This document shows positions 51,430 to 60,647 of a DNA stretch of 64,000 bases, in pieces. Numbering within the stretch: position 1 is the first letter of the stretch; each line of letters begins with the position of its first letter. The notes beneath the pieces are model-generated. The model worked only from the letters and a program-made list of their open reading frames with translations. It did no database searches and was not told where the DNA came from. The position numbers and the translations under genes are program-made. The stretch is taken from IMG/VR virus record IMGVR_UViG_3300037232_000040. The stretch is one strand, 5' to 3'. The stretch is from a virus.

Positions 51430-51903
51430 ATGTTGAAAGAGCTAGATAGTTACGATTGGGAAGAGGTTTTTGGCGAGGGTGGCGGATGGAACTGTACCCC
51501 GATCACTCCGAACCGATGGTTTGTTGCTCGCGGCGGTTGCGACTATAGCGGGTGGGGCTGCCAAGCCAGCAACTCCGGCGACGTGGCGTCTTCACAGGAC
51601 GATATTATCCGATTCGGTATGAGCGACGGCGAGCGCGAGCGTTTCGGACCTGCTGAAATCCGCGCCGCTATCGAGGCTGCGGTTCCGTGCGGGCGCACCG
51701 ACAATGGTTGCGCAGAGGACATTGGCGCGTGGAAAGCTGGAGTTCCGTCGGAGATTCAACAGCGATGGGATGAGGAGTTCGGCACTGCATATTGGCAGCT
51801 TGTCGCCAAGCATCCCGGCATGGAGTCCAAGAATCTGTCCCGGCACCTCGGAACGCTTGGATTTCGATACCTCGGAAGCAGCTTATCAGTGGTCAAAATT
51901 TAG
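51430..51903 (+). CDS. hypothetical protein, 157 aa
   Basis: GGAGGG RBS. No domain recognised. Confidence 0.45.
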   Translation: MLKELDSYDWEEVFGEGGGWNCTPITPNRWFVARGGCDYSGWGCQASNSGDVASSQDDIIRFGMSDGERERFGPAEIRAAIEAAVPCGRTDNGCAEDIGAWKAGVPSEIQQRWDEEFGTAYWQLVAKHPGMESKNLSRHLGTLGFRYLGSSLSVVKI

Positions 51904-51954
51904 GGGAATTACATACTTAACTCCCGTCGAGCAGAAAAAAGATGAAAATAATGC

Positions 51955-51983
51955 TTGACAAGTGTGAGGGAGTAAAGTATATT
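51955..51983 (+). promoter_or_regulatory. sigma-70-like promoter
   Basis: TTGACA (51955-51960), 17-nt spacer, TATATT (51978-51983). Upstream of ATG 52029. Confidence 0.45.
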
Positions 51984-52028
51984 AAGAACAGATCGAACAA
52001 GAGGTGCCAACCTCAAAGGAGCAGGAAA

Positions 52029-52547
52029 ATGACGAACTACACCGAAACCGAACTCGCTGAGATCATCAACACGCTGTGCGAACAAGGTGTTAAGCCAACC
52101 GACGACTTTACCGCTGATGTTGGAAAAGATTACGGGTACGTCGCGGCCTATGAACTTGCATCCAGTAAAGGGTATGCGATTGCCTACGGCGATAATGGCC
52201 AAACAAATTATGCGATTGCCGAGACTGCCGACGATTTGGGCGATTGGCTCATCAGCCAAGATTTGAGCGGCCTCGACCTGCTCCGAAACCGTGCAAACGT
52301 ATTCGGGATAAAATCCGTAGATGCTGCCGCAGAGAACACCACGAATCCTTGTGCGGTACTCATCAGCCGTGATTATTACGGACCCCACTCAGAGATCAGC
52401 GTGGCGATGGAAGATAATGGCCAGCGCGAAGCCGAGTTTGACAACGCAGAAGCCGCTCAGGTGTGGATAAACGAAGCCGAAGAAGGCACCTATTACCTAT
52501 CCCACAATGAGAGCGGTCGCCCCGAATACAAAGTGGTCGAACTCTAA
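52029..52547 (+). CDS. acidic hypothetical protein, 172 aa
   Basis: AAGGAGCAGG RBS. Internal ATG of track ORF 51942..52547. Confidence 0.5.
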   Translation: MTNYTETELAEIINTLCEQGVKPTDDFTADVGKDYGYVAAYELASSKGYAIAYGDNGQTNYAIAETADDLGDWLISQDLSGLDLLRNRANVFGIKSVDAAAENTTNPCAVLISRDYYGPHSEISVAMEDNGQREAEFDNAEAAQVWINEAEEGTYYLSHNESGRPEYKVVEL

Positions 52548-52600
52548 GCTCCGCCGCGCCCTCAACCTTGGGTAAGCGGTGCGTCCCGCATGGCAGCGGG

Positions 52601-52620
52601 GGCCGGTACGGAACCCGGCA
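52601..52620 (+). repeat. conserved 20-nt leader element, copy 2
   Basis: See 46929-46948. Confidence 0.85.
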
Positions 52621-52633
52621 GAAGGTTAAAGCC

Positions 52634-53053
52634 ATGAGTAAAAGCACAATCAGCACATTCGAGCTTTTCCAAATGTTCCCCGATGAGGATACGGCGCGGA
52701 CATACCTTGAGGCGCGATTGTGGCCGAACGGCGCGGTATGCCCAACTTGCGCAAGCAGCGACCGCATAACTCCACGCCGGAAGGGTTTTTACCGCTGCAA
52801 CGCCTGCCAGATTGACTTTACGATTCGCACCGGAACCATCTTCGAGCGGTCGCATATCCCCTTGCATAAGTGGCTCTACTCCATGTATTTGCTCGTGAGG
52901 GCCCGCAAGGGTATCTCTTCCATGCAACTTGCTAAAGAGATCGGGATTACCCAAAAATCTGCATGGTTTATGCTCGGTCGGCTCCACGAGGCTAAGCCTC
53001 GCGGAGGCGCGGTTGACGGCAAGCGGTTAACCTACGCGAGGTTGATTCGATGA
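52634..53053 (+). CDS. second IS1595-type zinc-ribbon/HTH protein lacking the DDE domain
   Basis: MSKSTISTFELFQMFPDEDTARTYLE..CPTCAS..YRCNACQIDFTIRTGTIFERSHIPLHKWLYSMYLL. Clear paralogue of 46959..47333. 139 aa. Confidence 0.75.
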   Translation: MSKSTISTFELFQMFPDEDTARTYLEARLWPNGAVCPTCASSDRITPRRKGFYRCNACQIDFTIRTGTIFERSHIPLHKWLYSMYLLVRARKGISSMQLAKEIGITQKSAWFMLGRLHEAKPRGGAVDGKRLTYARLIR

Positions 53054-53099
53054 CCAAGCCACCCGAAATACTCAATAAGATGGCCGATTTGGTCCTTAC

Positions 53100-53399
53100 C
53101 TACCGGCCACCATCAAAGGTCAAGCCACTGCGCAAGCGGAAGATCGCAGCGAGTAGGCGAGTCAAAGAAAACAAACAAGTGATATCAATGTGTGAGCCGG
53201 AGTGAAGTCCGCGATAACGAGCTGCAGATTCGTCGTAGCTTTCCGCATAGGCGAAGGCATCGTGCTCCCATGTCAACAGCGCCAGCCCGGCGCGAACAGC
53301 GTTCAGGAGAACACCGGTAGTCTGCAGGCGCGGCAGGTAAAGGTAGCGGCCAAAGTCCTCGACCAGCTGCCGGATCGCGACGTAATTTCCACGCCATTG
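53100..53399 (-). pseudogene. possible 3' fragment of a DUF499-type ATPase gene
   Basis: ..WRGNYVAIRQLVEDFGRYLYLPRLQTTGVLLNAVRAGLALLTWEHDAFAYAESYDESAARYRGL.. resembles the C-terminal region of DUF499 proteins as remembered. No upstream body. Overlapped by small + strand ORFs. Confidence 0.3.
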
Positions 53400-53430
53400 T
53401 GTTGGGGTTGACACAAGGAGAGTCAGTGAA

Positions 53431-53592
53431 ATGACAGACTGGATGCTTCTTTTTGGGTGGATTTTGGGGTGGGTTATCCTTCTCTGCATCAACGGCAATC
53501 TGTTGCGAGTTAGCCGGGAGTTAAAACGCATGAACGATAACCAGGCAGCCGTGCGAATTCGCCAAGAGCTGAAACAAGGGAGGCAGTTGTGA
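53431..53592 (+). CDS. 53-aa membrane peptide
   Basis: AAGGAG RBS. MTDWMLLFGWILGWVILLCINGN.. helix. Stop overlaps GTG 53589 (GTGA). Confidence 0.35.
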   Translation: MTDWMLLFGWILGWVILLCINGNLLRVSRELKRMNDNQAAVRIRQELKQGRQL

Positions 53593-54581
53593 GCAAGAAA
53601 CTGGAAAAGAAGTTGGCAACGTTTGAGGACGCTGCCAAAATTGAGGTAGCCCGCTTAACTGTATTAAACGAGAACCTGCTGTGCTTGCTTATTAAGGTGG
53701 TGCAGGACGTAGGTTATACGCAGCACTGGCTAGACGCTGCTGGCAATCCGTGCAGCCAAATGCACCCACAGGCCAAGCTAGTAAACAACGTATGGGACGG
53801 GCGTAAGTTTCTGTGCATTAGTAAACTAGAGTTTATGGGTGTGGACACTACGCGCTGGGCCATTGAAACCAAGCACCAAGAAACGCAGCCTTACATGTAC
53901 GTTATCCTTACACCGCATGAACCTACCACTGTCGAGCCGCTACCTGTGGCACTAGCCAGCGGTGGCTACAGTACCGTGCAGCAGCCCATTACCAGCCCAG
54001 CGCAACCTACGGCCATGCGGTGCGCCGTGCACGGTATGTACGGTAATGTGGGTGCGTACTGTCCGGAGTGCGACGAAGAACGCGCTCAGCGCATTGTGTG
54101 CCGCAATGTGTTGCGCTACAAGCGTGATGATGGTGTGGTGGTAGATACCGTCGAAGAAGCTGCGTATGGAGATAGCGGTTATCACCTTATCCAGTGCGGG
54201 CACACTGCTAAGCAGCACATATACGGCGCTGGTAGGTGCAAGGTATGTGAGTGCACTGAGTTTTTATGCGCCCACAATGAGCGCAGGGTCAACTCAGAAA
54301 CTGGAGATATAGGTTGTATGAACCCGGTTTGCGGCTGGCTTATAACCAAGGAACAGGCAATGGAGATGGCACAGCGCGGTCAACCACTGCCAGTGCAGGT
54401 CAGCGCGGCAGAGCTAGAAGCTGCACCTGCATGTCCTAGTTGCGGCAGCACAGGACGTAGCGAGCGGTTGTTTGTATTGGTAGACAACGCAGCGCACAGC
54501 TGTGAAAATGTGTGCACTGATGCGTGGCATGAAGAGACCGAAGGGGAACCAAGTGCGGATAACGAAAGAGACAGCAGCTAA
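53589..54581 (+). CDS. Cys-rich hypothetical protein, 330 aa
   Basis: Track ORF. Several CxxC pairs (CPEC, CKVCEC, CPSC). No family recognised. Confidence 0.5.
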   Translation: MSKKLEKKLATFEDAAKIEVARLTVLNENLLCLLIKVVQDVGYTQHWLDAAGNPCSQMHPQAKLVNNVWDGRKFLCISKLEFMGVDTTRWAIETKHQETQPYMYVILTPHEPTTVEPLPVALASGGYSTVQQPITSPAQPTAMRCAVHGMYGNVGAYCPECDEERAQRIVCRNVLRYKRDDGVVVDTVEEAAYGDSGYHLIQCGHTAKQHIYGAGRCKVCECTEFLCAHNERRVNSETGDIGCMNPVCGWLITKEQAMEMAQRGQPLPVQVSAAELEAAPACPSCGSTGRSERLFVLVDNAAHSCENVCTDAWHEETEGEPSADNERDSS

Positions 54582-55575
54582 GGCCGCAACGCCAAAAGCG
54601 GAGAAGGTCGCACCATCAACCTACCTCGCAAAGCTGAAGCAAGAAAGGATTGATCTCGATAATGAGTGCGAAGCCTTAGACCAACGGATCAGCGATATGG
54701 ACGATAAGCGGAAGCTGTTGTTGCGGCGAAAGCAACTTATCGCGAAAATCAACGAAGAGCAGACCTACCTCGCAAAGCTGAAGCAAGAAAGGATTGATCT
54801 CGATAATGAGTGCGAAGCCTTAGACCAACGGATCAGCGATACGGACGATGAGTGGAAGCCGCTGTCAGACAAAAAGGCGTTGCTGAACTTGCGGCGGAAG
54901 CAACTTATCGCGAAAATCAACGAAGAGCAGAAAATCATTAGTTATGAAGAGCAATGGGTAAAAACTCCGCGCACCGAACCTAAAAACAAGATCATTATCG
55001 ACTCCTATAAAAATAAGTGGGACTACCAGCGTGAGTACTTTATGAAAGCTCTGGAACCCGCGCGAGATGCTTGGCTAGATCACGCCAATGAAATTTGCAA
55101 GACGGGTGAGCTGTGGGATTTCGAGGAACTCGCGAAGGCGGTTGTCTGGAATGAGTGCAATGAGAAGTTCCGACCGGAGGAATTTCCCAACGAGTTTATC
55201 CGCATCGAAGTTCCCGGCGCTGGCAAGTATTTAATCAAGAACACGGCCGCCGCAATTTACAAGATTCTAAAATCCGCGCCCACTGCATTCTCGAAACCCA
55301 AGTGCAACCAGCATCCCGAGGGATATCACAAAATCCTGGGCGAGAACGCCAAACAGGGGCGCCCCAACCCAGAACTCAACCCTGAGAAGCTAATCTTGTT
55401 CCATGAGAAGCAGATCGCAGAACTTCGTGACAAGCGCAAGAAACTAACAGACGCAAAGGACGCCTCCTTCAATATAGACGCAAAGGACGTCTTCAATATA
55501 GACGAACAGATCAAGCAAGGCGAGAGCGACTTACGAGAAGCTCGCAATCTCAAAGGAGGATTCAAGTGCGTATAA
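54553..55575 (+). CDS. coiled-coil protein with an internal 48-aa duplication
   Basis: AAGGGGA upstream of GTG 54553, in frame with track ORF 54502..55575. TYLAKLKQERIDLDNECEALDQRISD occurs twice. Confidence 0.5.
   Translation: MRITKETAAKAATPKAEKVAPSTYLAKLKQERIDLDNECEALDQRISDMDDKRKLLLRRKQLIAKINEEQTYLAKLKQERIDLDNECEALDQRISDTDDEWKPLSDKKALLNLRRKQLIAKINEEQKIISYEEQWVKTPRTEPKNKIIIDSYKNKWDYQREYFMKALEPARDAWLDHANEICKTGELWDFEELAKAVVWNECNEKFRPEEFPNEFIRIEVPGAGKYLIKNTAAAIYKILKSAPTAFSKPKCNQHPEGYHKILGENAKQGRPNPELNPEKLILFHEKQIAELRDKRKKLTDAKDASFNIDAKDVFNIDEQIKQGESDLREARNLKGGFKCV
54619..54930 (+). repeat. tandem duplication, 144-nt period (second copy carries a ~24-nt insertion)
   Basis: 54619-54697 is identical to 54763-54841. 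Confidence 0.85.
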
Positions 55576-55778
55576 CGAAAGAACAGGCTGCGGAAGCAGC
55601 GCAGGCGTTAATAGACAGATTCTTCGGCAATAAAACTAGCCGGCGAGTGTGGGTACATATTCCTCCCCATGCAACTGACACCGATGTAATCCTGATGGAC
55701 TACATCAAACAGTCTGCCGCTGAGATCGCAGAGTTGAGGGCTGAATTGGAAGCGCTCTACACAAAGGTATCGTTTTAA
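55566..55778 (+). CDS. hypothetical protein, 70 aa
   Basis: AAAGGAGGA RBS and GTG start. The first ~20 nt (CAAGTGCGTATAACGAAAGA) echo the start of 54553..55575. Confidence 0.45.
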   Translation: MRITKEQAAEAAQALIDRFFGNKTSRRVWVHIPPHATDTDVILMDYIKQSAAEIAELRAELEALYTKVSF

Positions 55779-55804
55779 CTAATGTTTACTGTGTAATTAC
55801 GCAG

Positions 55805-55833
55805 TTGCATAGCTGCAGGGTACTAGGTATACT
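55805..55833 (+). promoter_or_regulatory. candidate promoter overlapping a 7-bp hairpin
   Basis: TTGCAT (55805-55810), 17 nt, TATACT (55828-55833). CTAGGTA/TACCTAG stem at 55823-55840. Confidence 0.3.
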
Positions 55834-55883
55834 TACCTAGGGCCAGCAAACTACCCAACTAACAAAAGAAGAGGGATGTAGCC

Positions 55884-56135
55884 ATGAGCATGCTAGACGC
55901 GAAAAAGATTGGCGAAATGGCACTTTACTACTCAAGCTGCGCGGAGCGAGACCGCCAGTACGCAGCCGGAGAAAGACAAGGGTCGCGCTTGTTAGAGATA
56001 TTCCGGGCGGCCATCATTGATACAATTGCTCAATGCGAGTCCGAGGAGCTGAGAGAGAGAGGCTGCGCGAAGCTTGGAGCGAGGCGCGACGGCCTCACCG
56101 TGTCGAAGAAAGCAGGTGCCCATGCCCAAAGTTAG
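55884..56135 (+). CDS. hypothetical protein, 83 aa
   Basis: Track ORF with an ATG start. Confidence 0.4.
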   Translation: MSMLDAKKIGEMALYYSSCAERDRQYAAGERQGSRLLEIFRAAIIDTIAQCESEELRERGCAKLGARRDGLTVSKKAGAHAQS

Positions 56136-56529
56136 CGGCAATGAGGAGCTTATCAAGCTGCCTAAGACTGACGGTGCCTGTGCTGACCTGCTGTACACTA
56201 CCCGGCAGGCTCGCTACAAACTGCAGCACGAAGTTGCTAAGCTGCAAGCTGTAGAAACCGCCATAGAGCAGCGCTTTATTGATACGTTAAGCGCTAAGGA
56301 CAGTACGGGCGTGGCCGGTAAGGTAGGCCGCGCACAGGTGCAGACAAAGATAGTCCCCGTGGTGGAGGATTGGCCTAAGCTATATGCGCACATTAAGAAG
56401 ACAGGCGAGTTTGAGCTTATGCAGCGTCGCTTGGGTGAGACTGCTGTAAAAGAGCGCTGGGACGCTGATAAGCAAGTGCCCGGTGTAGGCCGGTTTACTG
56501 CTAAGAAAGTAAGCTGTACCAGGGTGTAG
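56122..56529 (+). CDS. hypothetical protein, 135 aa
   Basis: Internal ATG 56122 of track ORF 56074..56529. Overlaps the upstream gene by 14 nt. Confidence 0.45.
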   Translation: MPKVSGNEELIKLPKTDGACADLLYTTRQARYKLQHEVAKLQAVETAIEQRFIDTLSAKDSTGVAGKVGRAQVQTKIVPVVEDWPKLYAHIKKTGEFELMQRRLGETAVKERWDADKQVPGVGRFTAKKVSCTRV

Positions 56530-56535
56530 AAGAAC

Positions 56536-56769
56536 ATGACTAACACAGCAATGGACGGGCCGGTCGAAATCAAGATTTGCGAAACCTGTGCGGTGGTGGA
56601 TGTGAGAGTTGAAATGAGGGTCGGCCTGATCGGGCCTGTGCTGTGTGCGGTTTGCTCAGAAATGCTTAAGGTGACTACCGACAGTAAATATTTCTTCGGG
56701 CTATGGCAGGCAGACCAGGTGTTGGAGAACGAACGCATCGCTGAAAAGAAGCGCCTTCTGGGAGATTAA
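56536..56769 (+). CDS. zinc-ribbon-like hypothetical protein, 77 aa
   Basis: Track ORF. CETC ... CAVC. Confidence 0.4.
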   Translation: MTNTAMDGPVEIKICETCAVVDVRVEMRVGLIGPVLCAVCSEMLKVTTDSKYFFGLWQADQVLENERIAEKKRLLGD

Positions 56770-56923
56770 ATGCGGTACCTACGAAACTGGGGGAAGAACT
56801 TGTACAGCGCAGACCGGAGCTAGCTGAATGCTGTTGTGATAACAACCCCGTAGTACCATGCCCGGTGCATGATGCTACTTACAAAGACATGCAGCTTGAA
56901 GATATTCTGCATAAGGAGCATTG

Positions 56924-57154
56924 ATGCTAGGCAAGAAGGGCAAGGATGTAATCACTGGGTTTGAGGGCGTCATTATTGGCAAGGTTAAGTACCTTACCGG
57001 CTGTAACCAGTATCTGCTTAGTGGGCCATCCTTAAATGGCAAGGTGGGTGAGAGCAACTGGTTTGATACCGACCGCGTGGAAATATTGGACGGCGACGCC
57101 GTGGTACTGCTGCGCACTTACAACGGCAGTGACATGCCTGCACCTATTCACTAG
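56924..57154 (+). CDS. hypothetical protein, 76 aa
   Basis: AAGGAG 5-6 nt upstream of ATG 56924. Confidence 0.45.
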   Translation: MLGKKGKDVITGFEGVIIGKVKYLTGCNQYLLSGPSLNGKVGESNWFDTDRVEILDGDAVVLLRTYNGSDMPAPIH

Positions 57155-57194
57155 ATAGTTTTAACGAGGTACTTACAAAGGAGTTCTAAAAACT

Positions 57195-57452
57195 ATGTTG
57201 TGCGAACAGCTCGGTTGTAACAGCTATACTGACGGTGTTTCGTCGCTATGCACGCAGCACCAGCCCCAGCCCCAGCCCTCAGAGCGGCTTATATTTCCTA
57301 AGGAGAAGCTGCTTACTGATCTGTTTGGCGGCCAGCCCCAAGCCCAGGAGGTGGTGCTGCCTGTTGGGAAGGGTGCCACCCCGGTTGACACAGCTGTACC
57401 ACCTATCCCAGCAGCGGATGGTGCAGTGATCAAAGGTAAGGGCAAGCTCTAA
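57195..57452 (+). CDS. hypothetical protein, 85 aa
   Basis: AAGGAG upstream. QPQPQP stretch. Confidence 0.4.
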   Translation: MLCEQLGCNSYTDGVSSLCTQHQPQPQPSERLIFPKEKLLTDLFGGQPQAQEVVLPVGKGATPVDTAVPPIPAADGAVIKGKGKL

Positions 57453-57526
57453 GCTACAGGGGGCCACCAGTTTAAGGAGTAGTAACCAGGGTTGATTTTA
57501 AGAGGGTACTAACAGGAGAAAACAAG

Positions 57527-58315
57527 ATGGTAAATAAGAAAGTGGTAAGTGGTAAAGGTACCAGTATGGTGAAGTGGGACGAGAAGTTTGCCGCGATGGC
57601 CAAGAAGAGCGCTAAGATTGTAAGCGGCATTGGTGGTGACAGCAACTTTATAAAGTTGCAGGGCGGCCAACTGCAGTACCAAGGTGCCGCCGTGCCCGGT
57701 AACAGCATGGACGTGGTAATTATTGACCACGTGTTGGTGAACATGTTGTACAAGGATAAGTTTGACTCTAACAACCCCACCAGCCCGATATGTTTTGCTT
57801 TTGGGGAAACCGTGGAGGAAATGGTGCCGCCTAAGGAAGCACATGAGCCGCAGAACGATGGTGAAGGCTGTGCCACTTGTCCAAATAACGAGTGGGGCAC
57901 TGCCGACACAGGCCGGGGTAAGCGCTGCAAAAACAGCGTCAGGTTGGCCATGATCAGCATTGAGGATTTGAAGGACATACCCGAGGCCGAAGTGGCATTT
58001 ATGCACGTGCCGGTTACTAGCGTGAAGTTGTGGGCTGGGTACGTGCGCATGTTGGACGACACGCACCACCGTCCATCGCTGGGTGTGGTTACGCGCATTA
58101 CTGTAGTGCCGGACAAGGACACACAGTTCAAAGTTAAATTTGACTTGGTTGAACTGACTGAAGACAACGAGCAGATTGCCGCACTGTTTGCAAAGTACGA
58201 GCAGGTAAACCAAACAATCCGGTTCCCGTTTGTGTTTGTTGAAAGTGAAAACAAACCCGTGGCCAGCGGCAAGGCGCGGAAGTTTGCGGCACTGGCAGGC
58301 AAGGGCAGGAAGTAA
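57527..58315 (+). CDS. hypothetical protein, possibly a DNA-binding replication accessory factor
   Basis: CAGGAGAA RBS. ..CATCPNNEWGTADTGRGKRCKN.. zinc knuckle and a basic C-terminal tail. Lies upstream of the polymerase. The functional guess is positional only. Confidence 0.4.
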   Translation: MVNKKVVSGKGTSMVKWDEKFAAMAKKSAKIVSGIGGDSNFIKLQGGQLQYQGAAVPGNSMDVVIIDHVLVNMLYKDKFDSNNPTSPICFAFGETVEEMVPPKEAHEPQNDGEGCATCPNNEWGTADTGRGKRCKNSVRLAMISIEDLKDIPEAEVAFMHVPVTSVKLWAGYVRMLDDTHHRPSLGVVTRITVVPDKDTQFKVKFDLVELTEDNEQIAALFAKYEQVNQTIRFPFVFVESENKPVASGKARKFAALAGKGRK

Positions 58316-58352
58316 AGAGTAGGCTACTTGGCAGTTGTGTACAGTTTAACTA

Positions 58353-58385
58353 GGGGCAGCGTAGCTGGTGCGCTGCCTCTGTTTA
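58353..58385 (+). terminator. candidate intrinsic terminator
   Basis: GGCAGCG (58355-58361) pairs with CGCTGCC (58371-58377), then TCTGTTTA. Confidence 0.35.
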
Positions 58386-58415
58386 AACTTGGAGAAGCAA
58401 ATCCATAGGAGGATT

Positions 58416-58610
58416 ATGACAGCAAGGGAAATTGATAAAGCTTTGGACAATTGGCTTGTACTTAACAAGGTGCTGCGTACGATAGACATAGATGATTGTA
58501 AGGAGATGCTAAGTACAGAGCAGGCTGGCAAACGCCGCTTGAATTACATGCTGCGCATTTATGGGCGGTATAACCGGCTACGTAGTGACCGCGAGAGGAG
58601 GGAATTATGA
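58416..58610 (+). CDS. hypothetical protein, 64 aa
   Basis: TAGGAGGA RBS upstream of internal ATG 58416 of track ORF 58368..58610. Confidence 0.4.
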   Translation: MTAREIDKALDNWLVLNKVLRTIDIDDCKEMLSTEQAGKRRLNYMLRIYGRYNRLRSDRERREL

Positions 58611-58759
58611 CAGCATCAGAAATACAAAGCAACATAGAACGGTTGCGTAGTACAGCTTCACCTAGTCGGCTAAGAATCGTATAGGTGCAGCAACTAAGAA
58701 ACGCTGGGCTAACAAAGCATATAGGGAAAAGCTGCGTAAAGCGCACCAAAAAGTAAACA

Positions 58760-60646
58760 ATGTCTGTTCCTAAACCAATAGTTCTGGATTTTGAAACTGA
58801 GGCCATTGAGCGCAGACCGCAGTACCCACCCAAGCCCGCAGGGGTTGCCATTAAGTGGTCTGCACAGAAAATTAACAAGTACTACAGCTGGGCACACGAC
58901 AGTGATAATAACTGTACCAAGGCGGATGCGCAAAAGGTGCTGTGTGATGCGTACCGTAGTGGTGAACCGCTGTTGTTCCAAAACGGTAAGTTTGATACCG
59001 ATGTAGCAGCCACGCATATGGGCTTGCCGGTGCCTAGTTGGGAGCGCATACATGATACTTTGTTTTTGCTGTTCCTTGAGAACCCGCACGCCACTAGCCT
59101 GAGCCTTAAGCCCAGTGCCCAGCGTTTGCTGGGTATAAAGCCCAGCGAGCGGGATGCTTTGCACACATGGATAACCACCAACATACCGGCAGCCAAGCGC
59201 AAGCCTAGCGAGGCCGGTGCTTACATTGCGCGTGCACCGGGCAGCTTAGTAGGCCGTTACGCACTGCAGGGCGATGTACGCAGCACTGAGAAACTGTTTA
59301 GGCACCTGTACCCCATCATAAGTAAACGTGGGATGCTAGAAGCTTACGACCGTGAGCGGCATTTAATGCCTATACTGCTGCGCAATGAGCAAGAAGGTAT
59401 ACGTGTAGATTTGCCGCGCATGGAGTGTGACTACGCTGTGTACTGTGCGGCCTTGGAAAAGGCTGATAATTGGCTGCGTAAGACACTAGGTGTGCCGGGG
59501 CTTAACCTGGATGCTGATAAAGACGTGGGTAATGCCTTGGATGCCAGCGGCACGGTTACAGAGTGGGTGTACACCAAACCCACTAAGGGACACCCACAGG
59601 GCCAACGCAGCGTAGCTAAGAAGAACATGACACTGGACATGTTCAACAATGCTAAAGTGGCCAGCGTATACGGTTACCGCACGCGGCTTAAGACTTGCCT
59701 GAGTATGTTCTTTACTCCATGGCTGGAGCAGGCGCGGGCCACCGACGGGTTTATACACACCAGTTGGAACCAAGTAAGGCAGACGCACGGTAATGAGAAC
59801 ATGGCCGGGGCGCGTACCGGGCGGTTAAGCAGCACGCCTAACTTCCAGAATATACCGAAGATGTTTGAAGACCGTGGTGATGGGTTTGTACATCCTAAGT
59901 TTTTGAACGTACCACCGCTACCGCTTATGCGCAGCTACCTGCTGCCCGATAAGGGCGAGGTATGGGGCCACCGCGACTATAGCCAGCAGGAGCTACGCAT
60001 ACTGGCCCACTTTGAAGATGGTGCTTTGTTACAGGCGTACTTAGCCGATCCTAAGCTGGACGTGCACGGGTTGGTGCACAGCATGATTTTGGAAAAGGTG
60101 AAGCGCGACTTTATACGCCTGCGCGTTAAACAGTTTGTGTTTCAGAAAATATACGGCGGTGGGTGGCCTGCGCTAACAGCCGCGTTGGGCTGTGATATGC
60201 CCACGGCCAAGCTGGTAGTAGCGGCCATGATGCAAGCGTTACCCGGTTACGAAACATTAGAAGCTGACATTAAGGCTACGGGCCGGGCCGGGCTGGCTAT
60301 ACGTACTTGGGGCGGCAGAGAGTATTATACAGAGCCGCCTAAGTTTGTGAAGAAGTATGGCCGAGTAATGACGTTTGACTACAAGCTGATGAACTACCTT
60401 ATTCAAGGTAGCGCCGGAGATTGCACTAAGGAGGCACTGATACGGTACGACGAACACCCTAAGCGCGAGGCACGTATGTTGGTAAGTGTGCACGACGAAA
60501 TTAACAGCAGCATGGCCAAGAAGCGCTTTAAGCTGGAGATGGAACTACTGCGTGAAGTAATGCAAAGTATTCAGTTCGATTTGCCAATGCTTTCGGAGGG
60601 AAAGTTTGGTAATGACTGGGGTCATCTAACCAAGATGGAGGCATAG
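58760..60646 (+). CDS. family A DNA polymerase with 3'-5' exonuclease domain
   Basis: Exo I ..VLDFETEAI... Motif A ..DYSQQELRILAH... Motif B ..RVKQFVFQKIYGG... Motif C ..VSVHDEI... ..ARTGRLSSTPNFQNIP... Confidence 0.9.
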   Translation: MSVPKPIVLDFETEAIERRPQYPPKPAGVAIKWSAQKINKYYSWAHDSDNNCTKADAQKVLCDAYRSGEPLLFQNGKFDTDVAATHMGLPVPSWERIHDTLFLLFLENPHATSLSLKPSAQRLLGIKPSERDALHTWITTNIPAAKRKPSEAGAYIARAPGSLVGRYALQGDVRSTEKLFRHLYPIISKRGMLEAYDRERHLMPILLRNEQEGIRVDLPRMECDYAVYCAALEKADNWLRKTLGVPGLNLDADKDVGNALDASGTVTEWVYTKPTKGHPQGQRSVAKKNMTLDMFNNAKVASVYGYRTRLKTCLSMFFTPWLEQARATDGFIHTSWNQVRQTHGNENMAGARTGRLSSTPNFQNIPKMFEDRGDGFVHPKFLNVPPLPLMRSYLLPDKGEVWGHRDYSQQELRILAHFEDGALLQAYLADPKLDVHGLVHSMILEKVKRDFIRLRVKQFVFQKIYGGGWPALTAALGCDMPTAKLVVAAMMQALPGYETLEADIKATGRAGLAIRTWGGREYYTEPPKFVKKYGRVMTFDYKLMNYLIQGSAGDCTKEALIRYDEHPKREARMLVSVHDEINSSMAKKRFKLEMELLREVMQSIQFDLPMLSEGKFGNDWGHLTKMEA

Positions 60647-60647
60647 T

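Noticed and set aside
56745-56924. Coding-looking frame (..VPTKLGEELVQRRPELAECCCDNNPVVPCPVHDATYKDMQLEDILHKEH) between two called genes
   Set aside because: There is no ATG, GTG or TTG start in frame until 17 codons before the stop. It could be a frameshift extension of 56536..56769 or use a non-canonical start, but I cannot support either.
58660-58790. Short frame ..NRIGAATKKRWANKAYREKLRKAHQK.. resembling the C-terminal repeats of homing-endonuclease-like proteins
   Set aside because: It has only about 35 codons and no start, and it overlaps the polymerase start. At most it is a decayed remnant.
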